Below are positions 35,201-46,750 of a DNA stretch of 64,000 bases, piece by piece. The stretch is from Tubulanus polymorphus (lineage: Eukaryota > Animalia > Nemertea), in assembly GCF_964204645.1 (NCBI RefSeq), contig NC_134031.1:8804001-8868000 (forward strand), given 5' to 3'. A program made the position numbers and the translations under genes. Each line of letters starts with the position of its first letter. Within the stretch, counting starts at the first letter, position 1. A model generated the notes under the pieces. That model was not told the origin of the DNA. It saw only the letters and a program-made list of their open reading frames with translations, and searched no databases.

Positions 35201-36070
35201 ATTATTTTGGTTTTATCGCTCGCGACAATTCATTATTTTGGTTTTATCGCCCGCGACAATTCATTATTTTGGTTTTATCGCCCACGACAATTCATTATTT
35301 TGGTTTTGTCGCCCGCGACAATTCATTATTTTGGTTTTGTCGCCCCGACAATTCTTTTTTTGGTTTTGTCGCCCGCGACAATTCATTAGTTTGGTTTTGT
35401 CGCCCGCGACAATTCAATATTTTGGTTTTGTCGCCCACAACAATTCATTAGTTTGGTTTGTCGCCCGCGATAATTCATTATTTTGGTTTTATCGCCCGCG
35501 ACATTTCATTATTGTGGTTTTATCGCCCGCGACAATTCATTATTTTAGTTTTATCACCTGCGACAATTCATTATTTTGGTTTTATCGCCAGCGATAATTC
35601 ATTATTTTTGTTTTGGTTTTGTCGCCTGGACAATTCACCATTTTGGTTTTGTCGCCCGCGACAATTCATTATTTTGGTTTTGTCTCCCCGACAATTCTTT
35701 TTTTGGTTTTGTCGCCAGCGACAATTCATTAGTTTGGTTTTGTCGCCCGAGACAATTCAATATTTTGCTTTTATCGCCCACGACAATTCATTACTTTGGT
35801 TTTATCTCCAGCGACAATTCATCATTTTGGTTTTATCGCCCGCGACAATTCAATGTTTTGGTTTTATCGCCCGCGAGAATTCATTATTTTGGTTTTATCG
35901 CCCGCGACAATTCAATATTTTAGTTTTATCGCCCGCGACAATTCATTAGTTTGGTTTTATCGCCCGCGACAATTCATTAGTTTGGTTTTGTCGCCCGCGA
36001 CAATTCAATATTTTGGTTTTATCACCCGCGACAATTCATTAGTTTGGTTTTGTCGCCCGTGACAATTCTT
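32272..36070 (+). repeat. Main 31-bp satellite array (~3.8 kb) with ~1614-bp higher-order period
   Basis: Monomer with internal palindrome TTGTCGC-CC-GCGACAA; variant patterns recur 1614 bp apart (33069/34683, 33193/34807). Confidence 0.96.
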
Positions 36071-37323
36071 TTTCAGTCCACTTGGGACTTTAGTCCCAGC
36101 GGGCTATTGTGTTCACTTTTCGTCCGTCCGTCCGTCCATAGACGGAATCCAGTTATTTTGGGAAGTTTTGAAGACGCTTCAAGGTAATGTCTTGATATTT
36201 GGTTTATACATGTATCTACCCTAGACACATCGTCAGCCCAAAAACTGGCCCTGTCAGTTTCAAGATGGCCGACTGGCAGCCATTGTTGTTTGCCAAAATC
36301 AGCACTTTTTAAGCATTTTCGAAGTTTTCGTGGGAAATTTTGAAAACGCTTTGATCAATTACCTTGATCTTTCGTTTATATTTGAATCTACCAAAGGCCC
36401 ATCAGCGTAATAAAATTGGGTCGATCTGACTCAAGATGGCCGTCCTATGACCTTTTTAGTGCCCAAAAATGTAAATTTTGGCCAGAATTCTAGGTCCTGT
36501 AGCTTCCTACTGGTTTGCCATTTCTCAATGCAATTGCTGATGGGTATTCTTTAGAGAGGGATGTTTTATTTTTCACATTTTGATCAGCCAATTATGACGC
36601 AATTGGCGGCCATCTTGGTGTCATCAGTACTCATTCGTAGGTGGGAAAAAGTTTTTCCACATTAAATTGATACCTAAGCATATTGTGTTACTATATTCAA
36701 TTGGAAAGTTGTAGCCCATAACGTGTTCTATGATTTTGGTGAGTTTCTAGGTCATTGGTTTTAGTATGTGGCCATCAGGGGGCGTTGAATAATACAATAA
36801 CTTAGTATTGCTATATTATATTTGTACCTAGGCATATTTTGTTACAATGATCCATTGCAAAGTTGTAGATCATGACATCGTCTATGATTGTGGTGAGTTT
36901 TTAAGGACATTAGTTATTCCATATAGTCACCAGGGGGCGTTGAATAGTAGAATGGCTTAGTATTTCCTTGTTAGATTGGTACCTAGGCATATTTTGTTAC
37001 TATGATCAATTGCAAAGTTGTATTTTATGACATGTACTACGATTGTGGTGAGTTTTAAGGTCATTGGGTTTAGCATATGGTCACCAGGGGCGTTGAATAG
37101 TAGAATAACTTAGTATTTCCATATTAAATTGGTAACGAGGCATATTTTGCTATCACAATCAATTACAAAATCATAGCTGCTCACATGTTCTATGATTGTG
37201 GTGGGTTCCAAGGTCATTGGTATTTGTATATGGTCACTAGAGGGCGTTATGTATTGAAATTGTAAGATTGTTGAGCATTTGAAACCACTTCCCAAGTGAG
37301 CATGGTGTCCCTGGACCCCTAGT
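36071..37323 (-). mobile_element. Second copy of the HINE-like element (inverted relative to 11406-12660)
   Basis: Reverse complement match including (GTCC)n, terminal hairpin and ~153-bp repeats; same satellite junctions. Confidence 0.75.
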
Positions 37324-37722
37324 TTGGTTTTGTCTCCCGCGACAATTCATTATTCTGGTTTTGTCGCACGCAACAATTCAATATTTTGTTTTTGTCGTCC
37401 GCGACAATTCATTATTTTGGTTTTATCGCCGCGACAATTCAATATTTTGGTTTTAACGCCCGCGACAATTCATTATTGTGGTTTTATCGCCCGCGACAAT
37501 TCATTATTTTGGTTTTATCGCCCGCGACAATTCATTATCTTTGTTTTGTCGCCCGTGACAATTCAATATTTTTGGTTTTGTCACCCGCGACAATTCATAA
37601 TTTTGGTTTTATCGCCCGCGACAATTCATTATTTTTGTTTTGTCGCCCGTGACAATTCAATATTTTGGTTTTGTCACCCGCGACAATTCATAATTTTGGT
37701 TTTGTCCCCGTGGTTTTGTCGG
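37323..37722 (+). repeat. 31-bp satellite array
   Basis: Same monomer. Confidence 0.92.
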
Positions 37723-38812
37723 AACATTAAGTTTTTTGGTCGAACAGTGTGTTAAGGTCGTTTTGGAAATTTACTCGGTCTGGTATATTTTGGATTACTG
37801 TGTATGTCATTTGTCAGGACATTAAACAGAAGACGACTTAGGATACTACCTTGCGTGACTAGTTAGACCGTTTCATTCCAAGATGAGGCGTTCCGTTGAT
37901 TTCGCGGTTTTTAAAAACTAATTTTAACAATAACCCATTTTCCTCACTAAATTATAATACCAATACACAGGAAATTTACTACTTCAGATTTTAAAAGCAC
38001 TGTCGAGCCGTAAACATCGACAAATCGACGTGTGTCACTACATCGTCGTTCCGGGAATCAGCTGCGAGTTTCTCCTCATTCTGAGAATCTAATCGAGTAC
38101 AAATTAATTTATTACAACCAGTGATTTGGCTGCGGGCGTCAAGTTAATTTAGCAATACCTATTTTTCTTTACCAAATTCACCGTGTTTTTACTGAGATAA
38201 ATCATAAGTGTACCCGGGAGTCGTAGGCCTAAACTAAACACGCCGAAGAGATATAGCGGAGAAAAGCTGTTATGTCGACGAGGTATCAAAATAAAAGAAT
38301 ACATTACTTTATTCGGCCGCGGGCTTCAACCTCTATATCAATACCATCAATACTCTATATTTCCTACAGTACATACCGATCATTGTCAAATGCACAAGGT
38401 ATTTACTAAATACAAGTATATAACACACTCCTTTCCGTATGCTGGAGTCACACTTGAAATTTGGAGTAAGCGTTCGCTGTGGGGGAAAGGAGATCGTTCG
38501 CTTTGTCGCTTGAAGTGTTAAATCGAGTTTTACGTGGCTTCAGGCCTACCGGTATTGAGCTTTACTGTCTTAAACAAACACAGTATAATTGTTGCGTTTA
38601 TTAACGGACTCATTGGATTGAACTTCAAAACAAAATTTTCGACATTTAGGAGGGTTGTTATTCAATAGGCCCACGACCAATCTGTCCGGATGTTAGGCCT
38701 ACGCATATACATAGGCCTACATAGGCTAGTAGCCTCTACTAGGTTAAAGATAAGTTCACTGTAAAGGAGGAATCAGATTTATTAAAATGCACGTTAATTA
38801 GTGATTAACTGG

Positions 38813-39100
38813 TCGCGTTCCAACTCGACAAGTCGCCATTTTTATGTCGACATACCGCGATATATCGCGTCAAGTCGACATGAATATGTCGATATATCGT
38901 GACGTTTTGACGACATATTTCGTTTTCTCGACCACTTTCCTCGCGACAAGTCGACGTATTCATGACGACTTGAAACTCAGTCGTCATATCACTGGCATCC
39001 TCATCTTACATTTAGACGTGTCTTCAAATGACGGATTGTCCCGTGGAAAATGGGCGAAAAAATGAAATTTATCGTGAAAACGTCACGATATGTCGACATA
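38813..39100. mobile_element. Truncated IS3EU-like MITE, cut by the Polinton B terminus
   Basis: Reverse complement of ~9895-10180; stops abruptly at GTCGACATA|AGTAATAG. Confidence 0.7.
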
Positions 39101-39512
39101 AGTAATAGGGGTAATGGGCTTTCAGGCCAAAGGTCGAAGGGTCGAGCTCATTAAAAAACAAAACATTAAAAGTAATTTAAAACTATAATATATTTTCATA
39201 ACCGTGTGTATTTTATATTATAACTAAATATTTATTCTAAGATATTAATAGTTTTAATTTTAAAAGCATATTGTATTAAATCAATTGGTCGCTCCACTTC
39301 GCTACCGCTCCGCTCCGCGACCAATTGATTTATTTACAATACACAAATTCATATAATCAAATATATTTTGATAATAATAATAATTCTATTATTCAACTGA
39401 AATACACACGGTTATGAAAATATATTATAGTTTTAAATTACTTTTAATGTTTTGTTTTTTAATGAACTCGACCGTTCAACCTTTAACCTGAAAGCCCATT
39501 ACCCCTATTACT
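39101..39512. repeat. 412-bp imperfect palindrome, probable Polinton terminus (left end of copy B)
   Basis: AGTAATAGGGGTAATGGGCTTTCAGG ... CCTGAAAGCCCATTACCCCTATTACT with GC-rich apex at ~39285-39325. Confidence 0.72.
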
Positions 39513-39869
39513 CTTAAAATAATCATATAAATGAATAACATTTAAATTGACAGATTATTCAATATAAAAGTATATATTTACAACATTATTTCAATATTCA
39601 TATTTGTATGAGTTAGATTTTAAACATTAAAAGTGTTAGTAAAGTGTGATTGAAATAATGCATAGCTGTTTATACTAGAACATGATTCTATTTGAGCCTA
39701 TATACATTTCATGTAATGAACTATTGAATAAATCTATAAATTCACAGCTGTTACAGCTGTTACTATGACGCCGAGACATATGAGTCATAATATTGCAAAC
39801 GTGTAGAGAACATTCTAGAAAGGTGTGCCGGAACCAGATGACGTGGCAGGAACTGAATTATCCACTGTA

Positions 39870-40114
39870 TCACGATAGGTAGAACACAATATCCGTGTTG
39901 ACGCGATGAGGAGAGAATCCCACAATGATAATAAAAAGTCCGAAAATGAAACTTCGAGATAGTAGTTTATTTCAACGTTTCGACTATATCCTAATAGTCA
40001 TCTTTTATTCCTGAAGATGACTATTAGGATATAGTCGAAACGTTGAAATAAACTACTATCTCGAAGTTTCATTTTCGGACTTTTTATTATCATTGTGGGA
40101 TTCTCTCCTCATCC
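39870..40114. mobile_element. Penelope-like pLTR remnant forming a perfect 100-bp inverted repeat
   Basis: Arms 39905-40004 and 40014-40113, 9-nt loop; flanked by direct repeat TTATCCACTGTA (39858-39869, 40115-40126); contains a hammerhead-like core. Confidence 0.7.
40004..40052 (+). ncRNA. Minimal type I hammerhead ribozyme-like motif
   Basis: CTGAAGA-T-GACTAT(TAGGAT)ATAGTC-GAAAC-GTT with weak stem I (TTTATTC/GAAATAAA); the form typical of Penelope-like elements. Confidence 0.55.
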
Positions 40115-40854
40115 TTATCCACTGTAACATAACGCTCAGGATATTCTATCTCTCGAAACGAAATTAGGAGTTTATAGTTTACAATTCTAAATCTAAATGT
40201 AAGTACTGTTTTTTGTAGTTATTAAGGCTATTAAATATGAAACCTTTAGATATATTTAAGTGTATTTAGTATATCTTTTAGATGGCTAGAGTTGCCACTA
40301 ATATCTTTTAGATTTATAAAACGCCATACGCATCAAGAAGTTATAGAGAAACTCAAGATACTCTTTCTGACTGAGGAATCAACAGCAATGGATATCGAAC
40401 CAATAGAAATTAGCACAAGAAACACAAGAATCGCCAAAAGATCGAAGAAGAAATATAAGAATTTCAAAAACATTAAGACTCCAATGATTAAGTTTAACAT
40501 TTGTTGATGTAGTTAAATATTTACCAGCAATTGAAAAAATGTTTGTAATTATAGATTTTATATATAGAAATCAAATGATGTATTGGAAGAAACGACTGAA
40601 CAACTTGTATAATGTATTGTGTAAATTTGATTGGTGAATTTTTATGTACGGTCGTTTCTATTATGATTAGCGCATGCGCATTAAGCAGAAGCGCGCATGA
40701 ATGCGCGGTTTTGCTCAGTGGTATTATTTAGATATCAAGGAATCGAAACTGACTTATCAAAAAGCAGCGAGGAATGAAAAAGGATGACGTTGGTCGAAGA
40801 AATGGAAGAGGATTCTGAAATATTAACCAATTTAGTAAAAAATACATATAATAA

Positions 40855-41520
40855 ATGGAACCAGAACAACCACAAATTATCAATATTACAAATAACACTG
40901 CTGGTGTTATAAATATATATTACAAGAAGTGTTCTAAATGTGAATTAGATAAATTAGCTTTAACAGAATTTAGTAAGCGTAAGATTAGCAAAGATGGTTT
41001 TCAATATTGCTGTAAAACTTGTTTTAAACTATATACCAAACAATATCGAGAAGATAATATAGAACATTATAATTATTATATGTCAGAATATATGAGAGAA
41101 AGATATCAAACAGATCTTAATTTTAGATTGAAACAATGCTTAAGATCTAGATTAACACAATTATTCAACAAAGAAACGCATTCAGAAACACTATCTAATT
41201 TATTGGGTTGTTCAGATGAATTTTTCAAATCATGGATAATATATCAATTCGACGATAAAATGAATATAGATAATTATGGTGAATACTTTCATATTGATCA
41301 TACGTTACCGATTTCTAAATTTAACATGAATGATGAATACAATGAAAAACTTATTTAGAATTGGAAGAATTTAAGACCTTTAGAAAAGAAGGAAAATATA
41401 ATTAAATCTAATAAACTAGATTTACAGTTATATTTAGAACAGTTAACAGAAATTTATTGATCAATGGAACAATGATCCAAATAATGAACAATACGTTGAG
41501 TCTTTAATGAGTGGTTAAAG
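40855..41520 (+). pseudogene. Zn-ribbon + HNH-type endonuclease of the kind common in large DNA viruses, frameshifted near the C-terminus
   Basis: CSKC..CKTC; LLGCS..F.KSWI; NYG.YFHIDH.LP; continuation NWKNLRPLEKKENIIKSNK in another frame. Confidence 0.7.
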
Positions 41521-41724
41521 ATTAATATATCTCAAATAAAAAATATAAACAATTACATAACTTCAACTAACCAGTGAATTCTATTATATTTTTAATATTT
41601 TCTTTTCAAAAAGAGAATACTTTATATTTTGAATAGATCCGAATAGAAACACTTTAGCTTTAACTAGCTAGTATCATTTGAAGAATACTTATAATATTTT
41701 TTTTGCTTTTTTTCTCTAATATAA

Positions 41725-42327
41725 ATGTCAAAGAAATCTAATAAGAATAGTATTGATATTGAAAAAACATTAGATGATTTGGGTATAAGCGATAATAAAG
41801 ATACAGTTGTAACTAATTGTGCTCAAGTTAATTGTAATATAGATTATGAATACTATTTTTATTGTAAGCATCATCTTGAATTATTAATTGCTGGCGGGAA
41901 ATCTAAGGATTTCTTTGGAAAAATAATAACTTTTCAAGAATTAGATGCTATGAAACCCGACAAAGTAATAAAATATTTTAAGATTTATGAAGAGGCAAGA
42001 TTAGCCCGAATAAATGATTCTATTTCAGATGGTATTGTCAAATGTTATTCTAAGTTATGTAACCAGTTAATACCAATTAATGATGAAAATAAATTATATA
42101 GTGATTTGAAAAATGACTATTTAGTTATGACTGAATTACAAAAATGGGTTGGTTATGCTTCATTTCAATTAGGCTCTGTTATGACATTAATTTCTACTGG
42201 CGTCATAACATTTTCGAACATCAAACCTATGGAATATAAATCAGGTAAGAACGAAACAGATGTACTACAACCAAACCGTGAAACAGAAAATGAATCAGAA
42301 CAAAAATTAACTAAAATAAATGAGTGA
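41725..42327 (+). CDS. Polinton hypothetical protein
   Basis: 200-aa ORF with TAAATG start, hydrophobic segment near the C-terminus, overlaps the next gene. Confidence 0.7.
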   Translation: MSKKSNKNSIDIEKTLDDLGISDNKDTVVTNCAQVNCNIDYEYYFYCKHHLELLIAGGKSKDFFGKIITFQELDAMKPDKVIKYFKIYEEARLARINDSISDGIVKCYSKLCNQLIPINDENKLYSDLKNDYLVMTELQKWVGYASFQLGSVMTLISTGVITFSNIKPMEYKSGKNETDVLQPNRETENESEQKLTKINE

Positions 42328-42688
42328 TGGAGTTAAGAAAAAGGCTAGATCCGAGAAACAAATTAAATGGGCAAGAGAATTAGGTAAAAGATCTTCAGAA
42401 TTAAAAAAAGCCAAGAAAAAGAAATTAACTGATATAAATGAATCACAGACTTTATCTGATATTGATTCAAATAATAATCCATCTGATTCTTCTAATGCTG
42501 GAAGTAATTATAAATTATATATTACAATTGGATTAGTAACAGTTATTATATTATCCGGTGTAATATATAAATCAAAATTCAAATCTAATGATAAAGATGA
42601 TTCCAATGACAATAAACCTACTATACCAGAAAATAAGTCAAATCATAAAGCCATTGAAACTAAATCTAAATTATTATTAATGGATTAA
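42320..42688 (+). CDS. Small basic single-TM Polinton protein
   Basis: Lys-rich N-terminus, TM LYITIGLVTVIILSGVIY; homologue at 4230-4568. Confidence 0.72.
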   Translation: MSDGVKKKARSEKQIKWARELGKRSSELKKAKKKKLTDINESQTLSDIDSNNNPSDSSNAGSNYKLYITIGLVTVIILSGVIYKSKFKSNDKDDSNDNKPTIPENKSNHKAIETKSKLLLMD

Positions 42689-42694
42689 AATAAG

Positions 42695-43786
42695 ATGAAA
42701 AAAGAACAATATTTAAGAGATTTATATTATAACCCAGAAAGTGAAGAATCATATTCTAACGTTTCAGAATTATGGAATAAAATTAAATCTGATAATGAAA
42801 ATGGTAATATAAAATATAGTGAACTAAAATCATGGTTACAAAATCAACCAACATATCAAATCCACAAGGAAATGGATAAAACTTATTTAACAAGAAAAGT
42901 TATGGTTTCATATATCGATCAACAATGGCAAGCAGATTTAATTGACATGAAGAACTTAGAAGAATACAACAAAGGATATTTCTGGATATTAAATGTTATA
43001 GACATATTCAGTAGATACGCATGGTCAATTCCAATCAAAAATAAAACTGGTATAGAAGTAACAAATGCTTTTAAATCAATATTTAAAGAAGCTATTCCAG
43101 ATAAGATACAATTTGATGAAGGTAAGGAATTTTATAACAAACATTTCAAAAAACTATTATCTGATAACGATGTAGATTTTTTTTCAACACACTCAGATAA
43201 AAAAGCATCTATTATAGAAAGATTTAATAAAACATTGAAAACTAGAATGTGGAAATATTTTACTGCTAATGAAACATATAAATATATCGATGTATTAGAT
43301 GATTTAGTGAAAGGTTATAATAATTCTAAACATAGTTCTATAAATATGAAACCTATACAAGCTAGAAAAGAAGATAATTCAGAAATAGTTTGGAATAATT
43401 TATATGGCGCATTTGTTACACATGATTTCGGTGAACCTAAATTTAAAATAGGACAACACGTAAGAATATCTAAATATAGAAAAACATTTTATAAAGGTTA
43501 TACCCCTAATTTTACAGAAGAAATATTCAAGATTAAAAAGATAATATTAACTAAACCATTTGTTTATAAATTAGAAGATTTAAAAGATGAAGAAATATTA
43601 GGTTATTTCTATGAACAAGAATTATCACTTGTACCAAATCCAGATGAAATAGAATACAAAATAGAAAAAGTATTGAAAACAAAAACTCTTAAAAGAAAAA
43701 AGTATTCTTTGGTGAAATATAAAGGATACGATGATGAATTTAATGAATGGATTTTATCTAGTAAAATTAAAAGAATAAATGAATAA
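42695..43786 (+). CDS. rve integrase with chromodomain
   Basis: QWQADLID / IQFDEGKEF / IIERFNKTLK; C-terminal chromodomain. Confidence 0.93.
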   Translation: MKKEQYLRDLYYNPESEESYSNVSELWNKIKSDNENGNIKYSELKSWLQNQPTYQIHKEMDKTYLTRKVMVSYIDQQWQADLIDMKNLEEYNKGYFWILNVIDIFSRYAWSIPIKNKTGIEVTNAFKSIFKEAIPDKIQFDEGKEFYNKHFKKLLSDNDVDFFSTHSDKKASIIERFNKTLKTRMWKYFTANETYKYIDVLDDLVKGYNNSKHSSINMKPIQARKEDNSEIVWNNLYGAFVTHDFGEPKFKIGQHVRISKYRKTFYKGYTPNFTEEIFKIKKIILTKPFVYKLEDLKDEEILGYFYEQELSLVPNPDEIEYKIEKVLKTKTLKRKKYSLVKYKGYDDEFNEWILSSKIKRINE

Positions 43787-44387
43787 AGATTTATTCATAT
43801 TCGAACCGCATAATATGTTAGTTACTGGTGTAACCAATTGTGGTAAAACACATTTCATATTAGACTTGTTAGAAACTATTTATAAGAATCATTTTGATAA
43901 TATAATATTATTGTCCTACTTATGAGATGAATAAAACATATAATAGAGATATAGTTAAGATGAAAAAGTTTATTATATTAGATCCTAAAACAGTAAAAGA
44001 AAATTTAGATAATTGATTAAAATAGCAATTGATATTTATAAAGGATCAAATACATTATTCATTGTGGATGATTGCGCAAATTTACATGATTCAAAAGTTA
44101 GAGAAAGTGAGTCATGTTACTTAGCTTTCTCTGGGAGACATTTTGGGATAACAACATGGGTTTTAAATCAAAAATATAATTCAATTGTTAAAGACTTTAG
44201 GGAGAATATGAGATTTCTAGTTTTATTTCATAACAAAGATAGAAAATCTATGCAACAATCATTGGAAGAAAATCAAATTATACCTACTGAATTACATGAT
44301 GAATATATGAATAAATTAAAGAATAATAAAGGTTCAAAATTATTACTGAGACTACAATTTCCCTATGAATATAAATTTATGAAATAA
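43779..44387 (+). pseudogene. Packaging ATPase, frameshifted
   Basis: ATG 43779, Walker A GVTNCGKT at ~43828-43850; frameshift near 43910; Walker B FIVDD in ORF 44013-44387. Confidence 0.85.
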
Positions 44388-44394
44388 ATATTTG

Positions 44395-44512
44395 TATACC
44401 TATGTATTAGATACCCTAATACCCTAATACCTGATACCCCCTATTAGATACCCCAATACCCGATACCCTATTAGATACCCTAATACCTTAAATACTTAAA
44501 ACCCCCTTTTTT
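44395..44512. repeat. Short degenerate (TATTAGATACCC/TAATACCC)n tract between convergent genes
   Basis: Visible repeats; mirrored at 62450-62520 and 62675-62790. Confidence 0.8.
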
Positions 44513-44577
44513 AAAATAAATATTATTTTTACAATTTTCAACCTTTATTACTTTTTGAGTTAAATATGATTAATATC

Positions 44578-45069
44578 TTAATCACTTTCACTATCAGATC
44601 CCCCTAACAATTTATTCAAATGCTCTATCGAATCTTCTTCTAATTCGTCATTATTTTTATACTTATTCTTCACCCTTTTTACCGCATCATCAATAGTTGT
44701 TTCATTGTTATGCTTATTCATCCAATCAAATTTATCATTATTTTCTACTTTATGTTTCATAGAATCTTTATTATCGATATCTGTAACTATATCACCATGT
44801 GGGTGCCGTATGGCACCATTTTCATTATTATCTTTATTAGTGTTTGCTCCTAATATTTCATTTACAATGTTTGATCCTAATATTTTATTAGCAACGGTTA
44901 AATCTAATTCATCTTTATTAGGCGTTGCTAATAATAAATCTTTATATAATTCCTTACCATTTACTTTTTCATTTGCAACAAACTTTGTAACATATCTAAA
45001 TGGGTGTTCTATAAATTCTTTTAAACCAACGCGTTCTATAACATTATTTATATGTACCCTTATATTCAT
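44578..45069 (-). CDS. Polinton hypothetical acidic protein
   Basis: 163-aa ORF; homologue at 61955-62381. Confidence 0.65.
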   Translation of the reverse strand: MNIRVHINNVIERVGLKEFIEHPFRYVTKFVANEKVNGKELYKDLLLATPNKDELDLTVANKILGSNIVNEILGANTNKDNNENGAIRHPHGDIVTDIDNKDSMKHKVENNDKFDWMNKHNNETTIDDAVKRVKNKYKNNDELEEDSIEHLNKLLGGSDSESD

Positions 45070-45453
45070 ATGTTTATTCCAATTTGATGGAACGTTTGAA
45101 TATTCACCTTTACAATATCCACAATAATTTCTATTTTCACTAACATTTAATATTATTTCATTATTTGATGTAGAAGGTATTACATTATTAGATGTAGAGG
45201 GTATTACATTATTAGATGTAGAAGGTATTACATTATTAGATGTAGAAGGTATTACATTATTATCAATTACATTACTTAAATTATCAACAACACCACTTTT
45301 ATTATTATCGATTTATATTAGTTTAGTTTTATAAATTTTGAAAATAGGATCAAATATCAAAGCTATATTACAAGGTATTACATAATATAAACCATCATTA
45401 TTTTCATGTGTATCGATGTATGGAATATGTTTATATACTTTACCTCCTTCCAT
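45066..45453 (-). pseudogene. Homologue of 61596-61958 with an internal stop
   Basis: MEGGKVYKHIPY start; four copies of the 24-bp NNVIPSTS repeat. Confidence 0.65.
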
Positions 45454-45485
45454 TTATTATAAAATTTTTTATTAAAATTAAAATT

Positions 45486-46730
45486 CTAATACATAACACT
45501 ATTTAATTGAGAATTTACAATATTTAATTGCGCGTCAGATATAATATAAATGTGCATTTTAAAATTTTTGATTCCTTTATTCTTTGTCATGAATAATTGT
45601 ATTCCATCTTTAGTGTTTTGTAGTTTTTTTTCCAGAACCATGTAATGAATTATCCTCTGTTGTTCTAAAATCTAACCATAATGCATATTTATTACCGGTA
45701 TAATAATCAATTTGATTAATGTTACAATTTTCAGATGATTTCACTTTTTCATTCATAAAATGTTTTCTAATTTCTGGCCATTGATCAATCATTCTCATTC
45801 CTTGACAAAATATTTTATTTGCTATTCCTTCGATAGTTATTTCTACTTTTGTTATTTCAGAATTATAATAATTATCAACATTTATTGCGCCATTAGTATA
45901 TGTTGCAATGGTAAAAAATATTAATATACCTTTAATAGATCTTCTTGGGAAGTAAATATTCTCATTAATTATTTCATCATTTGCATTAATAGTTACAGTT
46001 TTAAATTTATCAATGTAATCATATAATAATGAAAATCCTTGATTGTATTTAGTTTGAATTATACTTGAAATATTTTCATCAGTTACTGTGTCATATTCTA
46101 AACATATATTCGATAATTTATAACTCATATCTTTAACAACGCTAGATATTACAATTTCATTAACAGGAGCAAATGTTATTTCGAATATAACGTCTTCTTG
46201 AATTGCGTATTTATATAAAGGTGCATTGTTATTTATCAATTCAAAGTCTAATGGAATTTTATGTTTGCTTCCATATATACGTTTTATCAATTTATCTATA
46301 GCATTAGTTAATATTGCATTTTGCGCTTCTGATCTTAATTTATTTTGGTTTTCTGATTGGATTCCTTGAAATATCATATTATTTCTATTTTCTTTAGTTA
46401 ACCATAAATCTTTATAATGCATAAATAAATTATAATCATCTTATGAGAAAACTGTTTCCGGACCAATCTTTATTGTTAATTTTTTAATCAAATATCTTCC
46501 AACATTATCAACAACATAATTATTATTACCGATTACTTTTATATCGGCTGATAAATAAATACTATTTGGAACGTAAAAGTATTTTGTGTTAATCTTGGAA
46601 TTCTAACATATAAAGTTTCATCGGGATTAATATTAGAAGGGTTATGAGTAATTATATGATGTGATCTTTCTGCTTTAATAGCATTAGATATTCTATGATT
46701 CTTAGAAGGATTGATATAACTCCCACTCAT
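45486..46730 (-). pseudogene. Major capsid protein, frameshifted
   Basis: ORFs 46539-46730 and 45610-46422 match 1225-2472. Confidence 0.82.
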
Positions 46731-46750
46731 TTATTTAACAAAAAAATTAA

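Noticed and set aside
32206-36062. Long overlapping ORFs (up to 362 aa) rich in F/W/C/R, also at 7116-8470, 10968-11405 and 37324-37755
   Set aside because: They are translations of the 31-bp satellite, open in all three frames because the monomer lacks stops on that strand; no coding evidence.
32272-36070. CRISPR-like appearance of palindromic ~31-bp repeats
   Set aside because: Monomers are contiguous with no unique spacers, no cas genes, eukaryotic context.
13460-39512. One giant Polinton bounded by the two terminal palindromes
   Set aside because: Shared inner flanks point away from each other (left of 13460, right of 39512), so these are outer ends of two different elements; adjacent 6-mers TACATG and GACATA do not match.
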